A DNA stretch of 64,000 bases from Eledone cirrhosa (GCA_964016885.1 OZ024741.1:281418001-281482000), one strand, 5' to 3'. Shown: positions 43,261-57,139, numbered from the stretch's first letter. The notes: generated by a model from the letters alone, not told the origin. A program made the numbers and translations.

Positions 43261-44385
43261 CACATATATAGAGAGAGGGGAGTGAGAGTGAGAGGGGGAA
43301 GGGGGAGAGAGAGGGGGGGAAGCTGATTATATTGCTGAGAATCCAACATGTTTCTAGGTAAGTTTGTTGGCCTGCAGCCAGTATTATTTGTAGTTATCTG
43401 GAGGAAGAGTAGGTATAAATAAATAAATAAATGAAGAAATAAATAGATAGATAAATAAAACAAAGCTAGAAATTCTATGTCTGCAAGAAGACAACAAATT
43501 TAGAAGTTTCTCCCGCTGCGTTGTTCTGAGCAGCAATCTATTTCAGTGAGAGTCAAAAAGGTCTGAATGTCAAACATTAATTGAGGAAATCGTGACTTGT
43601 TCAGTTTAGATGGAATGAGGTGGGAAGAACATATCCTATATTTATTCTCAAAGAGAAAACAAAAGCAAAAAATTCCATGCAACTAAGTGGCTGACAAGAT
43701 ATAAGGCAATCTTAACCCTTTTGATATTAAATTGCCTAAAACTGCCCCTGTTTCTATGACACTAAGCTGCTTATATTTATCTAAAGCAACAAATTAGCAG
43801 TTGTTAGAACATTGGATAGACTGCTTTGCAGTATTTGTTTTGGTTCTCAGCTCTGAGTTCAAATCCCGCAGAGGTCAACTTTGTCATTTATCTATTCAAG
43901 GTCGCTAAAAAGGTACCAGTCTAGTACTGAAGTCAATTCTTCCTTTATAATTCTTTCTCACTTCCATTCTTTCACTATCCTTCTCTGGAAGAAATCTGTT
44001 GTACTCAAACCTGGAGAGGAGATGGGCTCCGCCAGTTTTAAAACTGTTCTAGAAATTCTGTATGTCAATATGGCGCTCCTACAACTCCCTTGGGAGTTAT
44101 AGGACCATACGTACATACATCTTTTTACTAAACCCCTTTGGTATATCTAGCACTATAGTGTCCAACGTGTCCTTCCATTTTAAATATTGTATGGTGTGAT
44201 TTGAGAAATTTAACTGGTAAAAAGCAGGCTATTTTACTCCTCTATCCATTGCAGAACATGAAATATTTGCAAAATGTTAGAAAAGTTGTATAAGCACACA
44301 AAATAGATTTTTTTTTTCATGAAGATAATAATTTCTGCCTCCTATGCTACACAAAAATATCTATATAATCTGTATTTATACCTAC

Positions 44386-44429
<44 letters not shown>

Positions 44430-44943
44430 CATAAAGTCTGTGGTGCCAAGACCAAAGAGACCACAGATCAGGGCAGTATTCTATGCATGGGAAGAAGCAG
44501 AGTGGGTATAGAGGAAGGTAAAAACCTGACCGCAATGACTGGCAGTTTCGGCAAGCCTTTTCAAGGGATTACATATTTCTAAATATATATATCGACAGTC
44601 GATCGACTTTTGTCAAACCGGACCGAGGAAACAGTGTTTCCATTGGTCTTTCCAATTGCTAATACTATCTATCGGTCGCAACTCCAGGTAGAAGGAGCAA
44701 CATGAAATAGAGTGTCTTGCTCAAGGACATAACACATCGCCCGGTCCAGGAATCGAACTCACAACATCACGATTGCAAATCCAATTCTCTAACCAGTTGG
44801 CCACCATGTCAGAGAGTGTTTTGCTATATTGTCCAGGCATATATCATTGTGGTAGCAATGGTGGTGGTCTGTGTATTTATAATATATAAATATACACTTC
44901 GTTTTTCAATTTGTTTTGCAAGATTTCGTGTGTTCAAACAGAT

Positions 44944-45316
44944 ATACTTTGGGAGGTTCATGCTGCCAATAAAAACACACACATCTGTTGGTTTTCACTT
45001 CAATTTATAAGTTTCCAGTTGGTTGGTTGGTTCGATAACTGGATGGGTATTTATATATTGTCAAAGCTCTTTCGTCACACATTCTTTGACCTCTTCCGAC
45101 ACAAAAACAAGATGGTGTAGGACAGAAGGAGAGACACAAAATAAAAACCCAGTCACCGAGGAGGTCAAATAATGTGTGACAAAAGAGCTTTGACCATAAT
45201 CGATAAACAGCCATCTGATTATCGAAACAACCAACCAACTGGAAATTTATAATAAATTGAAATGAAAACGAACAGGTGCATGTGATTTTATTAGCAGCAT
45301 GACCCTCCCAAAGTAT

Positions 45317-45318
<2 letters not shown>
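44944..45318. repeat. Diverged fold-back with arms of about 160 bp
   Basis: 44944-45100 versus 45151-45318. Confidence 0.85.
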
Positions 45319-45361
<43 letters not shown>

Positions 45362-45368
<7 letters not shown>

Positions 45369-45618
45369 AATTGGCAGAATCATTAGACTGTCAGATTGAA
45401 TGCTTTGAGGTATTCGTTCAGTCTCTCTGTGCTCTGACTTTGCCTTTCATCCTTTCACAGTCGATAAAAAAAGTACCAGTCCAGTACTGGGATTGATTCT
45501 TCTTCTATAGAATAAAATCGGCTGTGTTCAGACTTAAAGAGGGTTGGGCTCCACCAGGTCTAAAAGTGCCCTAGACACGCCGTTTGACGGTGCCTCTATG
45601 ACTTCACAAGGAGTTAGG
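45362..45618 (+). mobile_element. SINE family 3 (family 2 core with a different tail); copies near 1317-1750 (-), 43790-44105 and 48525-48900
   Basis: Shared CCTTTCATCCTTTC...AAAAAGTACCAGTCCAGTACT core followed by GCTGTGYTCAGACCTGRAGAGGG tail. Confidence 0.65.
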
Positions 45619-45894
45619 GGGGGGGGGGTTCTACACATACATACATATAAAAACCTCAATCATATTCATTTCATTGTCATTGAATTACTCAATTATTCAA
45701 TATGATATATTAGTGTGAAATAACAATGTGTCAGTTGCATAACAAGTGGATGGTGGTTTAGCAAAAGTTTGAAGTCATAAAATGCTTTAAAGATTAAAAA
45801 AGAAACAAAATAAACAAAATCCAAAAACACAAAAAGAAAGCTAATTTTAGAAACAAAATTTAGCAGCCAAAATATTCCGATTCTGCGATTCAAT

Positions 45895-46201
45895 ATTGTT
45901 AAAGAGGTTAGTCAGAATACAGTTAAGATTGTGAAGTTTACCATTGTTAAATTTAGACATTGGAGGTAGGTGCCAGGAACTTACCAGAAACACTCCTTAG
46001 TCTTGGGGGTGAAGAAGTGTTGTGAAATGTTTGGTTTGTTTGTATTAAATATTATTAAAGAGGTTAGTCAGAATACTATTAAGATTGTTGTGAGGTTTAC
46101 CATTCTTAAATCTAGACATTGAGGGTAGGTGCTAGAAACTTACCAGAAACCCTCCTTAGTCTTGGGGGCGAAGAAGTGTATTGAAGTGCTTGGTTTGTTT
46201 G
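45895..46201. repeat. Tandem duplication, period about 159 bp
   Basis: 45895-46042 versus 46051-46201. Confidence 0.9.
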
Positions 46202-46245
46202 GCATACAGATCGGCGCTGTAATACTGTTCTATTATGGTAGTCAC
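46144..46245 (-). CDS. Probable upstream 102-nt exon of the same gene (inter-NHR linker)
   Basis: Minus strand shows ACTAAC branch point, pyrimidine tract, AAG| acceptor and CTG|GTAAGT donor. Phase 1-1 open frame DYHNRTVLQRRSVCQTNQALQYTSSPPRLRRVS would splice in frame to the 13619 exon (G+AT=Asp). No homology evidence. Confidence 0.55.
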
Positions 46246-46317
46246 CTTTATATAGAAAAGTGAAAGTGGTTAGTTAAGTTCTAAGGAGAATGACAAGAGA
46301 GAAACAGAGCTAACACA

Positions 46318-46610
46318 GGTGATGATGATGATGATATATGGGAGATGTCAACAAGATAGAAACAGAGCAAATATGATGATGAGGATGATGATGATGGTGA
46401 TGATATTGAGGATGATGATGACATATTGTAGATGTCAACAAGAGAGATATAGAGTTAATATGGTGATGATGATGGCAATGGTGATAATGGTGATGATGAT
46501 GGCAATGGTGATAATGGTGATGATATATATTGTAGGATGTCAACTAGAGAGAAACAGAGCTAATATGGTGATGATGATGAGGAGGATGATTGTGATGATG
46601 ATGATGATAA
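46318..46610. repeat. (GAT)n-rich compound repeat; similar tracts at 29013-29155 and 53605-53755
   Basis: Direct reading. Confidence 0.85.
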
Positions 46611-48907
46611 TTCATTGTAGTTGTTTGATTTCTACAATCTTCAGTTTACAACACATGACATGGACACACACACAAATACACCAATATAAAGCAGAGGTTT
46701 GGATATAAATATTGTATGATGCCAGCCACCTGGTCAAGCAGTCAACTCACCATATTTTACCACCAGCTCACTGTGTGTCCATGACAAAGAATCTTAATAA
46801 TTTCATTATGATATTTCAAATGTATTTTGATTGTTTTGAAACTAGTTTGAGGAATTTAGTAAAATAACTAACTTTTTCATTATCAAGTTTATGTTTGGAA
46901 CCTAAAGTAATAACATTTTTTTACATACAATTATAAGAAGCTTAATATAAGTATAAACATATTAAAATGGGTGGAACAGAAGTGGTTTCAGGTGGGTAGG
47001 TATCAAAAGTGTTAATTCTTACTAGCCACCCCTCTCTATATAACTGCAAATAGTTACATTGGAGTTAAGGAGGCACAGTTTAGAAGTGTTAAACAGTGGT
47101 GAGAGTCAGTGTAGGGGTGTTAAGTATTTTGACTAAATAACTTGTATTTCTGAATTCAAATCCTTCTATTATAGATTGGAGAAAACAGGGTTTCTTCAAC
47201 TTGTCTAACTTTGCCCTCACAAGCTGATAAGGAAGTTTCAATGCAGTCATTCAGCCTGCTAAAAATATGGGCCAAATATCCCTCAAATCACACCCTACTT
47301 CCCTAAAAATAAGGGACACATTCTTAGATATACAAAAAGACAAAATGTTTATGCTTGGAATATCTTGATCATAGTTTTCCCCAAATGAGGACTAATCTAG
47401 GGTTAAAAAACAACAGCAAAAACTTGTGTGTTCTGAGTTCAAATCCTGCCTCCTTGCCAAGTTTTGCAACTGGCAGATACCATCAGCAATGGAAAGACCA
47501 ATAAAAACATTGTTTCCTTGACCTAATCTGATGATTGGCTCCGTTCCTTGTTAAAATAGCTATATAATTATTGTGTGTTTTATTATATATGTCTATGATT
47601 TATGTATCCACACAAAAATGCTTTCTTTGATTGTCTGTCATTTTATCTGAATGTTTATATTTGTGAGACTGCTATAAAATACAGAAATTATCATTATCTT
47701 CATCAAAACCAGTCTAGCAAAGGTAGAGCTTATATGAAAGTTTATCCATTGCTTTTGAGAAGTAAAGTAACTAGCATTCACTCTCCCTGAATTAAGAGAC
47801 ATGTAAAATCCTTATCATGAATTGCATGGCACCAACACAGGAAAATGGTAGCCATCAATTCTAGAAAATATAAATTAACAAACAGAAACAAAGGCAGCCA
47901 TTTACGAGGAAAAGAACCAACGAGTTAGTGGTTTGGTAATTTATTCAAATTTTCATATTGGTTCAAATTACACATGGCAAACACAAATTGGCACCGAGAA
48001 AAATTTAGCCTTTTTATGACAATATTTCTAATGAAAGACACTTCCTATAATTTTCAAATATTTTTGAAAATTCTAAAGAATTTGGAGAGAATATAGTGAA
48101 CATTTTTCTCATTATAAAGCTGGTGAAATTATGATGGAAGATTTTTAGATAAATCAAAGCATTTTAAAATAAATAGTTTAGTATCATAGAATTGGGGGGA
48201 GGGTGTTCAGGCAGTCTGATATCAAAAGGGTTAATAATGAAAACAGCTACATTTACAAAATGTTGCAACCCCCTCCCCCTATCTAACTGTTTAAAAAATA
48301 TATTGGGAACTAAAAAAACTTGCTATTTTACTCTTTTACATTGATAATTGGTTAGATTGACATAAGGTAAATACGTTTACTTGAAAATGTGAAACTCATT
48401 TGTGTCATCTAATTTGATCTAATCACCAGTGTTCCACTCACACCCACAACAGTACTCTACCACCCCACACACAAAAAGAGAAAACCTACCTAAAGTTCAT
48501 ATTTTAACTCATCAATATTCCAGATAGGTGAAAAATTGGCAGAGCAATTAGAACATGTGATAGACTACATGGCAGTATTTGTTCCAGTTCTCTGTACTCT
48601 TAGTTCAAATACTGCCATGGTCAACTTTGCCTTTCATCCTTTCGAGGCCAGTAAAAAAAAATGTACCAGTCCAGTACTAGAGTTGATTCTTATTCCATAT
48701 CGCTACCTCACTTCCTCTCTATCACACTTCACTATTTCTCAGGAAAAAATCAGCTGTGCTCAGACCTGGAGAAGGGGTAGGTTCCACCAGATTTAAAAAG
48801 TGCCCAAGAGACATCATATGTCATTGTAGCACTCCTACTACTTCATCATGAATTATGGGCTCATACAATACTTCAGATATTTATAATCCTAATCCTGATT
48901 ATATTAA

Positions 48908-49127
48908 CCCTTTAACATTTAACTGGCTGTATCCAGCCAGAATTCTCTCACCTCTTTCTGTTCAAACCAGCCATAAACGGCTGCTCACATTTATGTTAAC
49001 ATATTGTTCTTAAAATAAATGATATCAAAATCTCATAGATTCGATAGTATGTGAGATGATTATGTGAAATAAAGTGTTTACTGCAAAAATATAATAGTAA
49101 ATATAGAGTTATGTAAATGCTAAAGGG
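48908..49127. mobile_element. piggyBac-like MITE
   Basis: TTAA|CCCTTTAACATTTA ... TAAATGCTAAAGGG|TTAA (13/14 TIR match, TTAA TSD). Confidence 0.8.
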
Positions 49128-49439
49128 TTAAGATGAAGTGTTACACCATGTGTATCCTGGTTTTTCAAAATAGGTACACTGTACCCTTGTACACTGACTA
49201 TGTGTGGCATCAGGGGAAGTGGGGGGGGGGGGGACCAACTGTAAATCATTGCTTTAAAAAGTCCTGCCAACCCATACCAAAATTTAAAAGCAGATATAAA
49301 AGTGATGATGATGGCGATTTGACTGGAGCTATCAAAAGATAAAATGCAATAAAGACCAAGACTAGCTATGGCTATTTTGAAGAAATGAAAGTATCTTTAT
49401 TTATACCATCAAGAATTTATCTGCTTTAATAGAGGGGTA

Positions 49440-49725
49440 AGCATAATGAGAATAAACCAGTGACGAATGTTGTGAAGAGAAAGGGAATGAGGTGGTTAGG
49501 TCATGTGTTGAGGCAAGATGTAAGTGAGTGGATGAGAGAAGTAATGAAAATGAATCTGGAAGGAAAGACTAAGAAAGTTATGGATAAAAATAATGGAGGA
49601 AGAAATAAAAGCCAGAGGGTTGGTTAGAGGGATGCAGATGAAAAGGGAAAATGGAGAAGCTTTTCATGGGGCCTGCAAGGCTAACTCTAACTTTAAAAGG
49701 GAAGATGGCCTTAAAATATATGTTG
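49440..49725 (+). mobile_element. Degenerate RTE-type 3' fragment
   Basis: VVKRKGMRWLGHVLRQDVSEWMREVMKMNLEG. Confidence 0.6.
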
Positions 49726-49809
49726 TTGTAATAGAAGGTTGCCAACACATTATTTCATCTATTAGCTACGCAATACGAAGTAAACTATCAATTATCTAGT
49801 AACTGAAAC

Positions 49810-51235
49810 CTTCATACGTATCACATGTCCATACCACTACAATCTCCCCTTCGGCACACTGCATCTGATACTTCTTATGCGCAGTTTCTCTCTCAGTTCA
49901 TTTATGCTTTCCAATTCAAGTATATTACTATTACACATCTGTCAGAGCATGCAAGCTTTATTTCTTTCCAATCTATGTAGGTCCTCTGCTCACAGTGCCC
50001 ATGTCTCACTGCCATGCAGCATTGCAGTTCGTATACACTCCTCATCTAATCTGCCCTTTATTTTGAGAGAAAAGCCTTTTGTAGCTAGCAGCGATAGTAG
50101 CTCGCAGAACTTTTTCCATCCCGTTCTCACTCTGGCTACTGTACTTTCGGAACACCCACCTCCACTGTTATTTTAGTCACCTCGGTAATAAAAACTGTCA
50201 ACTGCTTTTACAGAACCCTCTAAGAATTTGATAGAGCTTGTTTACTGTGAACATTTGTTGCTTACTGCACTTGTACAAAACCCACATGTAAAACCTATGT
50301 TCTTTGCTAGCCTACCTGAGATCCCACTACATCTCTTGTGTACTTGTAGTTTGCATTTGGAACAGAGGATGGAATTTCTACCCACCCCTTCCCTACACAC
50401 TGAGCAGGGAGCAGGGCCATTTCCCCGAAAGGGAGCAGAGCCTTGTTTTCCTTACTTCTTACTAGAACTTTGGTCTTTGCCAAGTTGACTTTAAGACCTT
50501 TTGATTCCATGTTATACTTTCTTGTCAGAAATGTTTTCTCTAGTTCTGTCATAGATTCAACTATGAGAGTTAGATCATCAGTATACAGGAGTCCATGAAG
50601 GCATCCTGTTTTAAACTCTTCTGTTATAGCCTGGAGGAAGAGTCCTGGTGGACCCCGATTTGCACACTAAACTCCTCACTCTAGTTATTATTAACTTTAA
50701 CTTTGTTGTCAGTACCTCTGTACATGACTTGTATTGCCCTCACAAGCCACTCATCCACCCCTAGTTTCCTAAGTCCCCACTAAATTACAGAGTGGGGGAT
50801 CCTGTCAAAAGCTTTCTTCAGGTCAACAAATGCCAAGTAGAGGGGTTTACTTTTTGCTAGGTACTTCTTCTGCAGTTACTTCACAAGTAAGAGAGCATAT
50901 GTGGTACTTTTACTTGGCACAAATCTGAACTGCATCTCATCTAGGTTAATTCGATCCCTAGTCAGTTGTACAATGACTTTTCTGTAACTTTCATGACCTG
51001 GCCCAACAGTTTGATGCCTTGGCAGTTTCCTCTGTCTGGTGCATCACCTTTCCTTTTGATGCTGCTGCTGCTATACCAGTCATTGGGTATAGCACCATTC
51101 TGTATTACTTGGTTTACAATATGGGTGGTTATGGTATGACCTGCTATCCCAGATGTTTTCAGCATCTCAGCAACTATTCCCGATGGCTTGGCTGCTTTGC
51201 CTGTCATCATATCCTTAATTGCCTTACTATGATAA
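49810..51235 (-). mobile_element. Degenerate internal fragment of RTE family A (RT and PHD)
   Basis: Minus-strand ORFs GIVAEMLKTSG...QVMKVTEK and ESKGLKVNLAKTKVLV are collinear with about 21200-22640. Confidence 0.9.
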
Positions 51236-51904
51236 AATAAAGTATCAGTAACACACTGGGGTCGATTTAATCGACTTTCCCCTTTCCTTCTAATTTCTGG
51301 CTTTGTATCAAATGTAGAAACAATTATTAAACTAATGTTTGGAACTTAATATAGGTTCATACATAAAATCATGGTGGATGATTTTTTTTGATAAACAAAC
51401 ACTTTAAAACAAAGTTTTGCATTATAGAAGCAGGAACGGTTTTACGCAGTTTGGTATGAAAAAGGTTAAGTGTCTTTTCTTGACATAAATTGCAGTGTCA
51501 GTAATGGGATATTGGTTGATTTGAATAAAATATGTTTGCGAGAGAGGTAGAGAAGTAGAGTATTAGGGAGTTAAGTAGAGTAAGGGGGAAATGAGAGGGG
51601 GAGAAGGAGAAATGACAGGAGCATTTATAACTTTCAATGCTCTGTCATAGAGAAGTAAGAAATTATAAAGTATTTTAACAAAGTCCAGTATTATTTCATA
51701 AAAAATACCACTCATGTCACAGAGAATCCCATATGGAAATAACAGACAAGACATAAAACCAAGTCACTAATACTGTTTCTGCCATGTCTGCAAAAGGCAC
51801 CAAAAAAAAAAAAAAATAATTGAATAAATAAATAAAAAATGCCTTTTCTATGGAATTCACTGATTTCTAAAAGGAAAGGGGCTGCTTGTCAGATTGGATC
51901 AAAG

Positions 51905-52080
51905 AAATAATTGTTTCTACTTTAGGGACAAGGCCAATATTACCAGTGCATTACTGGTACTTTATTTTATCGACCCCATAAGGATGAAAGGCAAAGTCAA
52001 CCTCGGCGGGATTTGAACTCAGATCGTAAAGGGACCTGGAAAGCATGGCGTCCGACCCTCTACCGATACTGCCAATCCAC
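51905..52080 (-). mobile_element. SINE family 2 copy
   Basis: Homologous to 12273-12460. Confidence 0.8.
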
Positions 52081-52139
52081 TCAAAGAAATAATGTTTCCA
52101 ATTAGTCTTTCTGTTGCTGATAATATCTAGTGGTCATAA

Positions 52140-52430
52140 CTCCTGGCAGAAGGAGGCAGGATTTGTATTTAGGATGCAAAGAGCCAAATTAGAAGCTACA
52201 AAATATCCTGTCTAACTTTTTAATAATTGCACTTAATTCAGTCTCCTGCCTTTCATCACTCATGAAAATGGCCCCAAGATACTTGAACCTCTCTACCTGT
52301 TTCAGTAGAACTCCACTCACACGCAGTGTACTGTGCAGGTTTTCTTGAGAAGACGAATGTCTCAGTTTTTGCAGCACTAATTTTCATTTCTGCTTTGCAG
52401 TTCTCAGTAGAAAACCTATGCAGTGCATAC
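52140..52430 (-). mobile_element. Degenerate LINE RT fragment
   Basis: LKQVERFKYLG motif in ORF 52189-52377. Confidence 0.65.
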
Positions 52431-53761
52431 CATTTGGAAATTAATATTTGAGAAAAATGTTATTTCATTGTCAAGCATATTTTCTCACTATCATGATAAT
52501 GTACAAATGCACTTCCATAATCAACAAGAGCACTGTTTAATTGCTATTTCATTAACTTGCTGCAGTGAGCTGAAATATTTCCTATAGGCAAAACTTGCAG
52601 TGATAGATCAAAAAGAGAGATGACTATCTCAATTCTTTAACTTTCTTAACCATATTTCTAATGAAACACACTGATTATAATAAAAAAAAAATTGGAAGAA
52701 TGTAATAAATCAACTAAGTCTTTCATTAGTAAGTTCATATTTAGAATATTATTTAAGAAAAACGTGTAGAATAAAATAATTGTTTCTATTTTTGGCACAA
52801 GGCCAGCAATTATCCAGTGCATTACTGGTACTTTATTTTATCAACCCAGATAAAATAATGATGAAAGGTTTAAGTATAAACATTTTAAAATGAACAGTTG
52901 TATATCATAAATCCAGGGCAGTTTTAAGTAGTTTCATATAGAAAGGGTTAATTCTATAAATACTGTAATATGTTCCAAGCTTCGATACAGCAAAACCTCT
53001 CTCACTAACAGCTAGGGAAAAAGTTAAAAAACAAAACAACTATATAAGTTAAAATGTCAAACATATAACATTACTTTTCTTTAAGAAGTGGAACATTAAA
53101 AATAAACAGCCACTTATCAAATAGTTTGTAGACTTTAGAGTTATGCCATTAGTTTTAGATTTATTTTTTTTTTAAAGTATATTTTTAGTAAATTGTAATT
53201 TCAGCAAATTGTATTTTAAAAAAAATCATCTTTCCATTTGTACTCTTTGGGTAGTCACGTGACTAATAATAATAATGGTTTCTGCTTTAGGCATAAGACC
53301 AACAATTTTAGGGGGAGGGTAAGTCGATTAAATCGACCCCAGTGTGTTACTGTTGCGTTATTTTATCAACCCCATAAGGATAATAGGCAAAGCAAACCTC
53401 GACGGGATTTGAACTCATATGATAATAAATACTCTGGGAATGATAAAAAGACACAGACAGATACAAAACCCCAGGACCTACAAATATATACAAACAATAG
53501 CACTACTAGGCACCACACACATTATGAAGAGTACTCTCAATACAATAGAAACAACAACACCAAAAAACCACACTGCACATACCAAAACTGCACAGAGCTG
53601 TGCTTGGTAATGCAGTGATAATGCAGCCAAATAATAATGATGATGCAGTGATAATGCAGCCAAATGATGATGATGATGCAGTGATAATGCAGTGATGATA
53701 CAGTGATGATGATGATGATGATGCAGTGATGATGATGATGATGATGATGATGATAATTTTT

Positions 53762-56060
53762 AACCATGCACAGAATGCATCATCCTAAGTCAGATACAGA
53801 TAGAATATATCTCCCTAGGAAAGAAGGAAGATGTGGATTAATCCCAGTTAGATATTGCTTTGAAAACTGCAACAATTGGATTATCTACATATCTAAGGGA
53901 AGCACATGATTGGATGATCAAACTCGTTTTGAAACATGAAAGCACCAAAAGATCATACTCCATTACAAAAGATGCAAAAAGATACAGTAATGGACTACAA
54001 ATTTCAGAAGTTCCCTTTACTGCTGAAATGAAAAACACAGAAAAAGCAAAGCAGGTAAAAGTAACTGCAAAGAAAGAACTGCTACAGAAACTGGCTAAGA
54101 AATGGCAAGAAAAGCCTCTGTATGGAAAATACCCAGAAAGACCTAACAATCAACTATGGAATTTACACCTGCAATGCTGCGACGTCAACTAAAAAATAAA
54201 CGCAACCATGCCTCTCCTGGTCTTGATGGTGTTATGTACCTGCTTCTTAAACGTGGTGGGTACTTCCTTCTGCACCAGTTATCACGCTTCTTCCAATTCT
54301 GTCTGAACAACGGTGCTACTCCAGAACAGTGGAAAACTGCCAGTGTCATTCCTCTGTTCAAAAAGGGTGACCGCACATCACCTGTGAACTATCGTCCAGT
54401 CAGTCTTACTAGTTGCATTGCCAAACTGATGGAATCCTGTGTCAGAGAAACACTTTGGAACTTCTGGAACTCTCACAGTCTTATCCGGCCCTCGCAATTT
54501 GGATTTATCCCCCACTCCAGCTGCTGTGATCAACTTATCAAGTTTCTTGAAGACATCACCCGGATCACTGATGGCGGCTCATGGGTGGATGTTGTTTACC
54601 CTGACTTTGCGAAAGCTTTCAATTCTGTGCCACACAAAAGACTTATGGCAAAACTCTCTGCAAAAGGATGATCTTTTTAACTGATTGAAGTCCTTCATTC
54701 TCAGTCGAAGAGAGGTAGTTACAGTTCTGGGACAGCATTCCTCACCATATGAGATGTCATCTGGTGTACCACAGGGATCTGTTCTTGGCCCCCTTTTGTT
54801 TGTGGCATATATTAATGACATAGATGCCAACTTAAAGAATGCCACGGTACTAAAGTATGCAGATGACATCAAGCTGTACCTTGAGATAAAAAGGACAGAT
54901 CCTGAACACTATAGATCTTGCTTGCAGTCTGACCTGGATACAAAGTCAGAAAACAGCACAGTTCCCATGACTTTCGGAAACATTTTTTTACGCTCAGAGT
55001 TGCTGAAGCATGGAACAAACTACCTGCATTGGTTGTTAGCTGTCGAGACACTGCATCCTTTAAGGCCTCCATGCTTCCCGAGATTCGCTAACACTACACC
55101 TAATGTTCCCCCTCCATACACATATGTATATCATGACTCATACACTATTCACTTCCTTGACATTTGTATATTATTCTATGTACTATACATACACCTTTGA
55201 TGAGTTGTAGTGCACCTGAGCACTTTACACCATAATTTCAAAACTTTAACCCATCAGTGGTTGGCATCCTCTGGACTGATTATATCAGCACAAGATCAGT
55301 GTCTGCCAACAAAAAATTACCAAGCCAACATAATAAAAAATAGATGCAACCCATTATGCTGTGTATGTAAAAGACAATCAGAGACCATTGATCATATAAT
55401 TTCAATGTGCAGTCATATAGTTCCAACCGAATACCTAAACAGGCACGACAGAGCTGCACAATATATACACTGAGTAATGTGTAAGCATTTTGACCTGCCC
55501 CATCAAAAGAATTGGTGGGAGCATCAACCACCTCCCATACTTGAAAAAGATCACATCTCAATCTTGTGGAACTTTAGCATCCAAACAGACCGAAAAATAG
55601 ATGCAAATAGATCTGATATAATACTGAAGGACTTTAAAAAGAGGGTATGCCTGGTAATTGATATGTCCGTTCCAATAGACAAGAATGTATCTATAAAAAC
55701 ATTTTAAAAATTGAGCAAGTATAAAGACCTGGAGATAGAGATTGGAAAAATGTGGAAGTTGAGAACTAAAATAATATCAGTGGTTGTAGGTGCTCTAGGA
55801 ATGATACCTAAGGGGTCTAATGATTACTTATCCCAAATCCAAGAAGACCAGTGTATAAAAGAAATACAAACGATAGTACTAATGGGAACTGCCCATATAC
55901 TAAGAAAGATTCTGTCAATATAAACACCAAAAGATACATGTATGTGTATATGTGTTCTTTCTTGAACATGGCGGACCTTGTTGTCTCTTGAGGTCACTGG
56001 TTGTGACTTGGTGATAACTCGTATGAACATAAAGCAAGATAAATGAAACAATAATAACAA
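53762..56060 (+). mobile_element. 5'-truncated R4/Dong-like RLE non-LTR retrotransposon, interrupted at about 54151-55240
   Basis: HHPKSDTDRIYLPRKEG...WQEKPLYGKY, then THQWL...AQDQ, zinc knuckle C-x2-C...ETIDHIISMC, RHD, NRSDII...IDMSVP...KYKDL (PD-D/ExK nuclease); TAA-like tail near 56050. Confidence 0.88.
54151..55240 (+). mobile_element. CR1-clade LINE, 5'-truncated and internally deleted, nested in the R4-like element
   Basis: SPGLDG, PLFKKGD, NYRPVSLTS, QFGF, DFAKAFNSVPH, SGVPQGSVLGPLLF, YADD, FFTLRVAEAWNKLP; 3' UTR ends GTTGTAGTGCACCTGAGCAC...CATAATTTCA. Confidence 0.9.
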
Positions 56061-56351
56061 TGTACTGCTAGATACCACATTTGTTCCTGAACCTGCAGAA
56101 ATGAAAAGCTGGTGGAGGGAAGAAGAATAAGAGGGATGTAACAATGCAAAGTCTAACGGAAGGATACAGTAATAAATGTTAGTTATTGCCATAAAATTGC
56201 GACAATTCAAGAAATTGTGAAAGGAGAAAGTGGAAATTACTTTCTCGTTTACTAAATCATATAAGTTATCTCCCTTGTATCAGAGATGTTAATGGTTTAG
56301 TGAGCTTGTACAGTTAAGTAACCATGTCATTAAATCTGTATTATTGTTTTA

Positions 56352-57065
56352 CAGTGAAGACACGTAGATTAGTGGTTAGGGCAGAGATGGGGAACCTGGG
56401 GCATTCTATGCCATTCTGCACAACTTTTTGAAAGAATAAAAAATTTCCAACAAATTTCAAATTTTTGTTGATATGTTTTTGTCTATCTCTTATTTTAATT
56501 TAAAGAAACAATTATTTTAATTTAAACCATAAGATGAGCATATTTTAAATACCAAAGAGTAAAAGAAAATTAAACGAAATAATCCACACTGACAGACAGC
56601 TAGGATATTTCAACACTTTCTACGCTCGTGTTTTAATTCTAATGCAATTCTAGAATGTACATTAAATTCCTGTATTTTTAAGAATATATAATTATGGTTT
56701 TTTAAACAATGCCTTATGCTACAAGTAACCTAATGTGGCCTTTCAACGTGAAAAGGTTTCCCACCTCTAGGTTAGGATATTTAGCTCATGATCATAAGAT
56801 CATGAGTTAATTCCTGGACCCGACAGTGCATTGTACCTTTGAGCAAGACGCTTTATTTTACGTTGATCCAGTCCACTCATCTGGCAAATATGAGTTGTGT
56901 CTGTAATTCAAAGGAGAAGGGGGAACAGTCTTCTCCCATAGCCATGTCACACTGAATCTCTTTGGAAACTACATTAATAGCGCACATGTCTGTGGAATGC
57001 TCAGCCACTTATATGTCAAATTTTTCAAGCAGGCAGTTCCATTGATAGAATCAACCAGCACTGGC
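56352..57065 (+). mobile_element. Older CORE-type SINE interrupted by a hAT-like MITE
   Basis: tRNA-like head split at 56382-56769; CTTTGAGCAAGACGCTTTATTT...CAGTCCACTCATCTGGCAAA CORE-like block; related diverged copies at about 28680-29005 (-) and 2790-2920. Confidence 0.65.
56382..56769. mobile_element. hAT-like MITE
   Basis: Termini CAGAGATGGGGAACCT / AGGTTTCCCACCTCTA; 8-bp TSD GGTTAGGG/GGTTAGGA. Confidence 0.75.
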
Positions 57066-57139
57066 TGTTGGAAACGGCAGAAGTCCACCAACATGGTTTC
57101 ACAGTTGACATTAATATCTTAAGTTCTATTCCCAACAGC

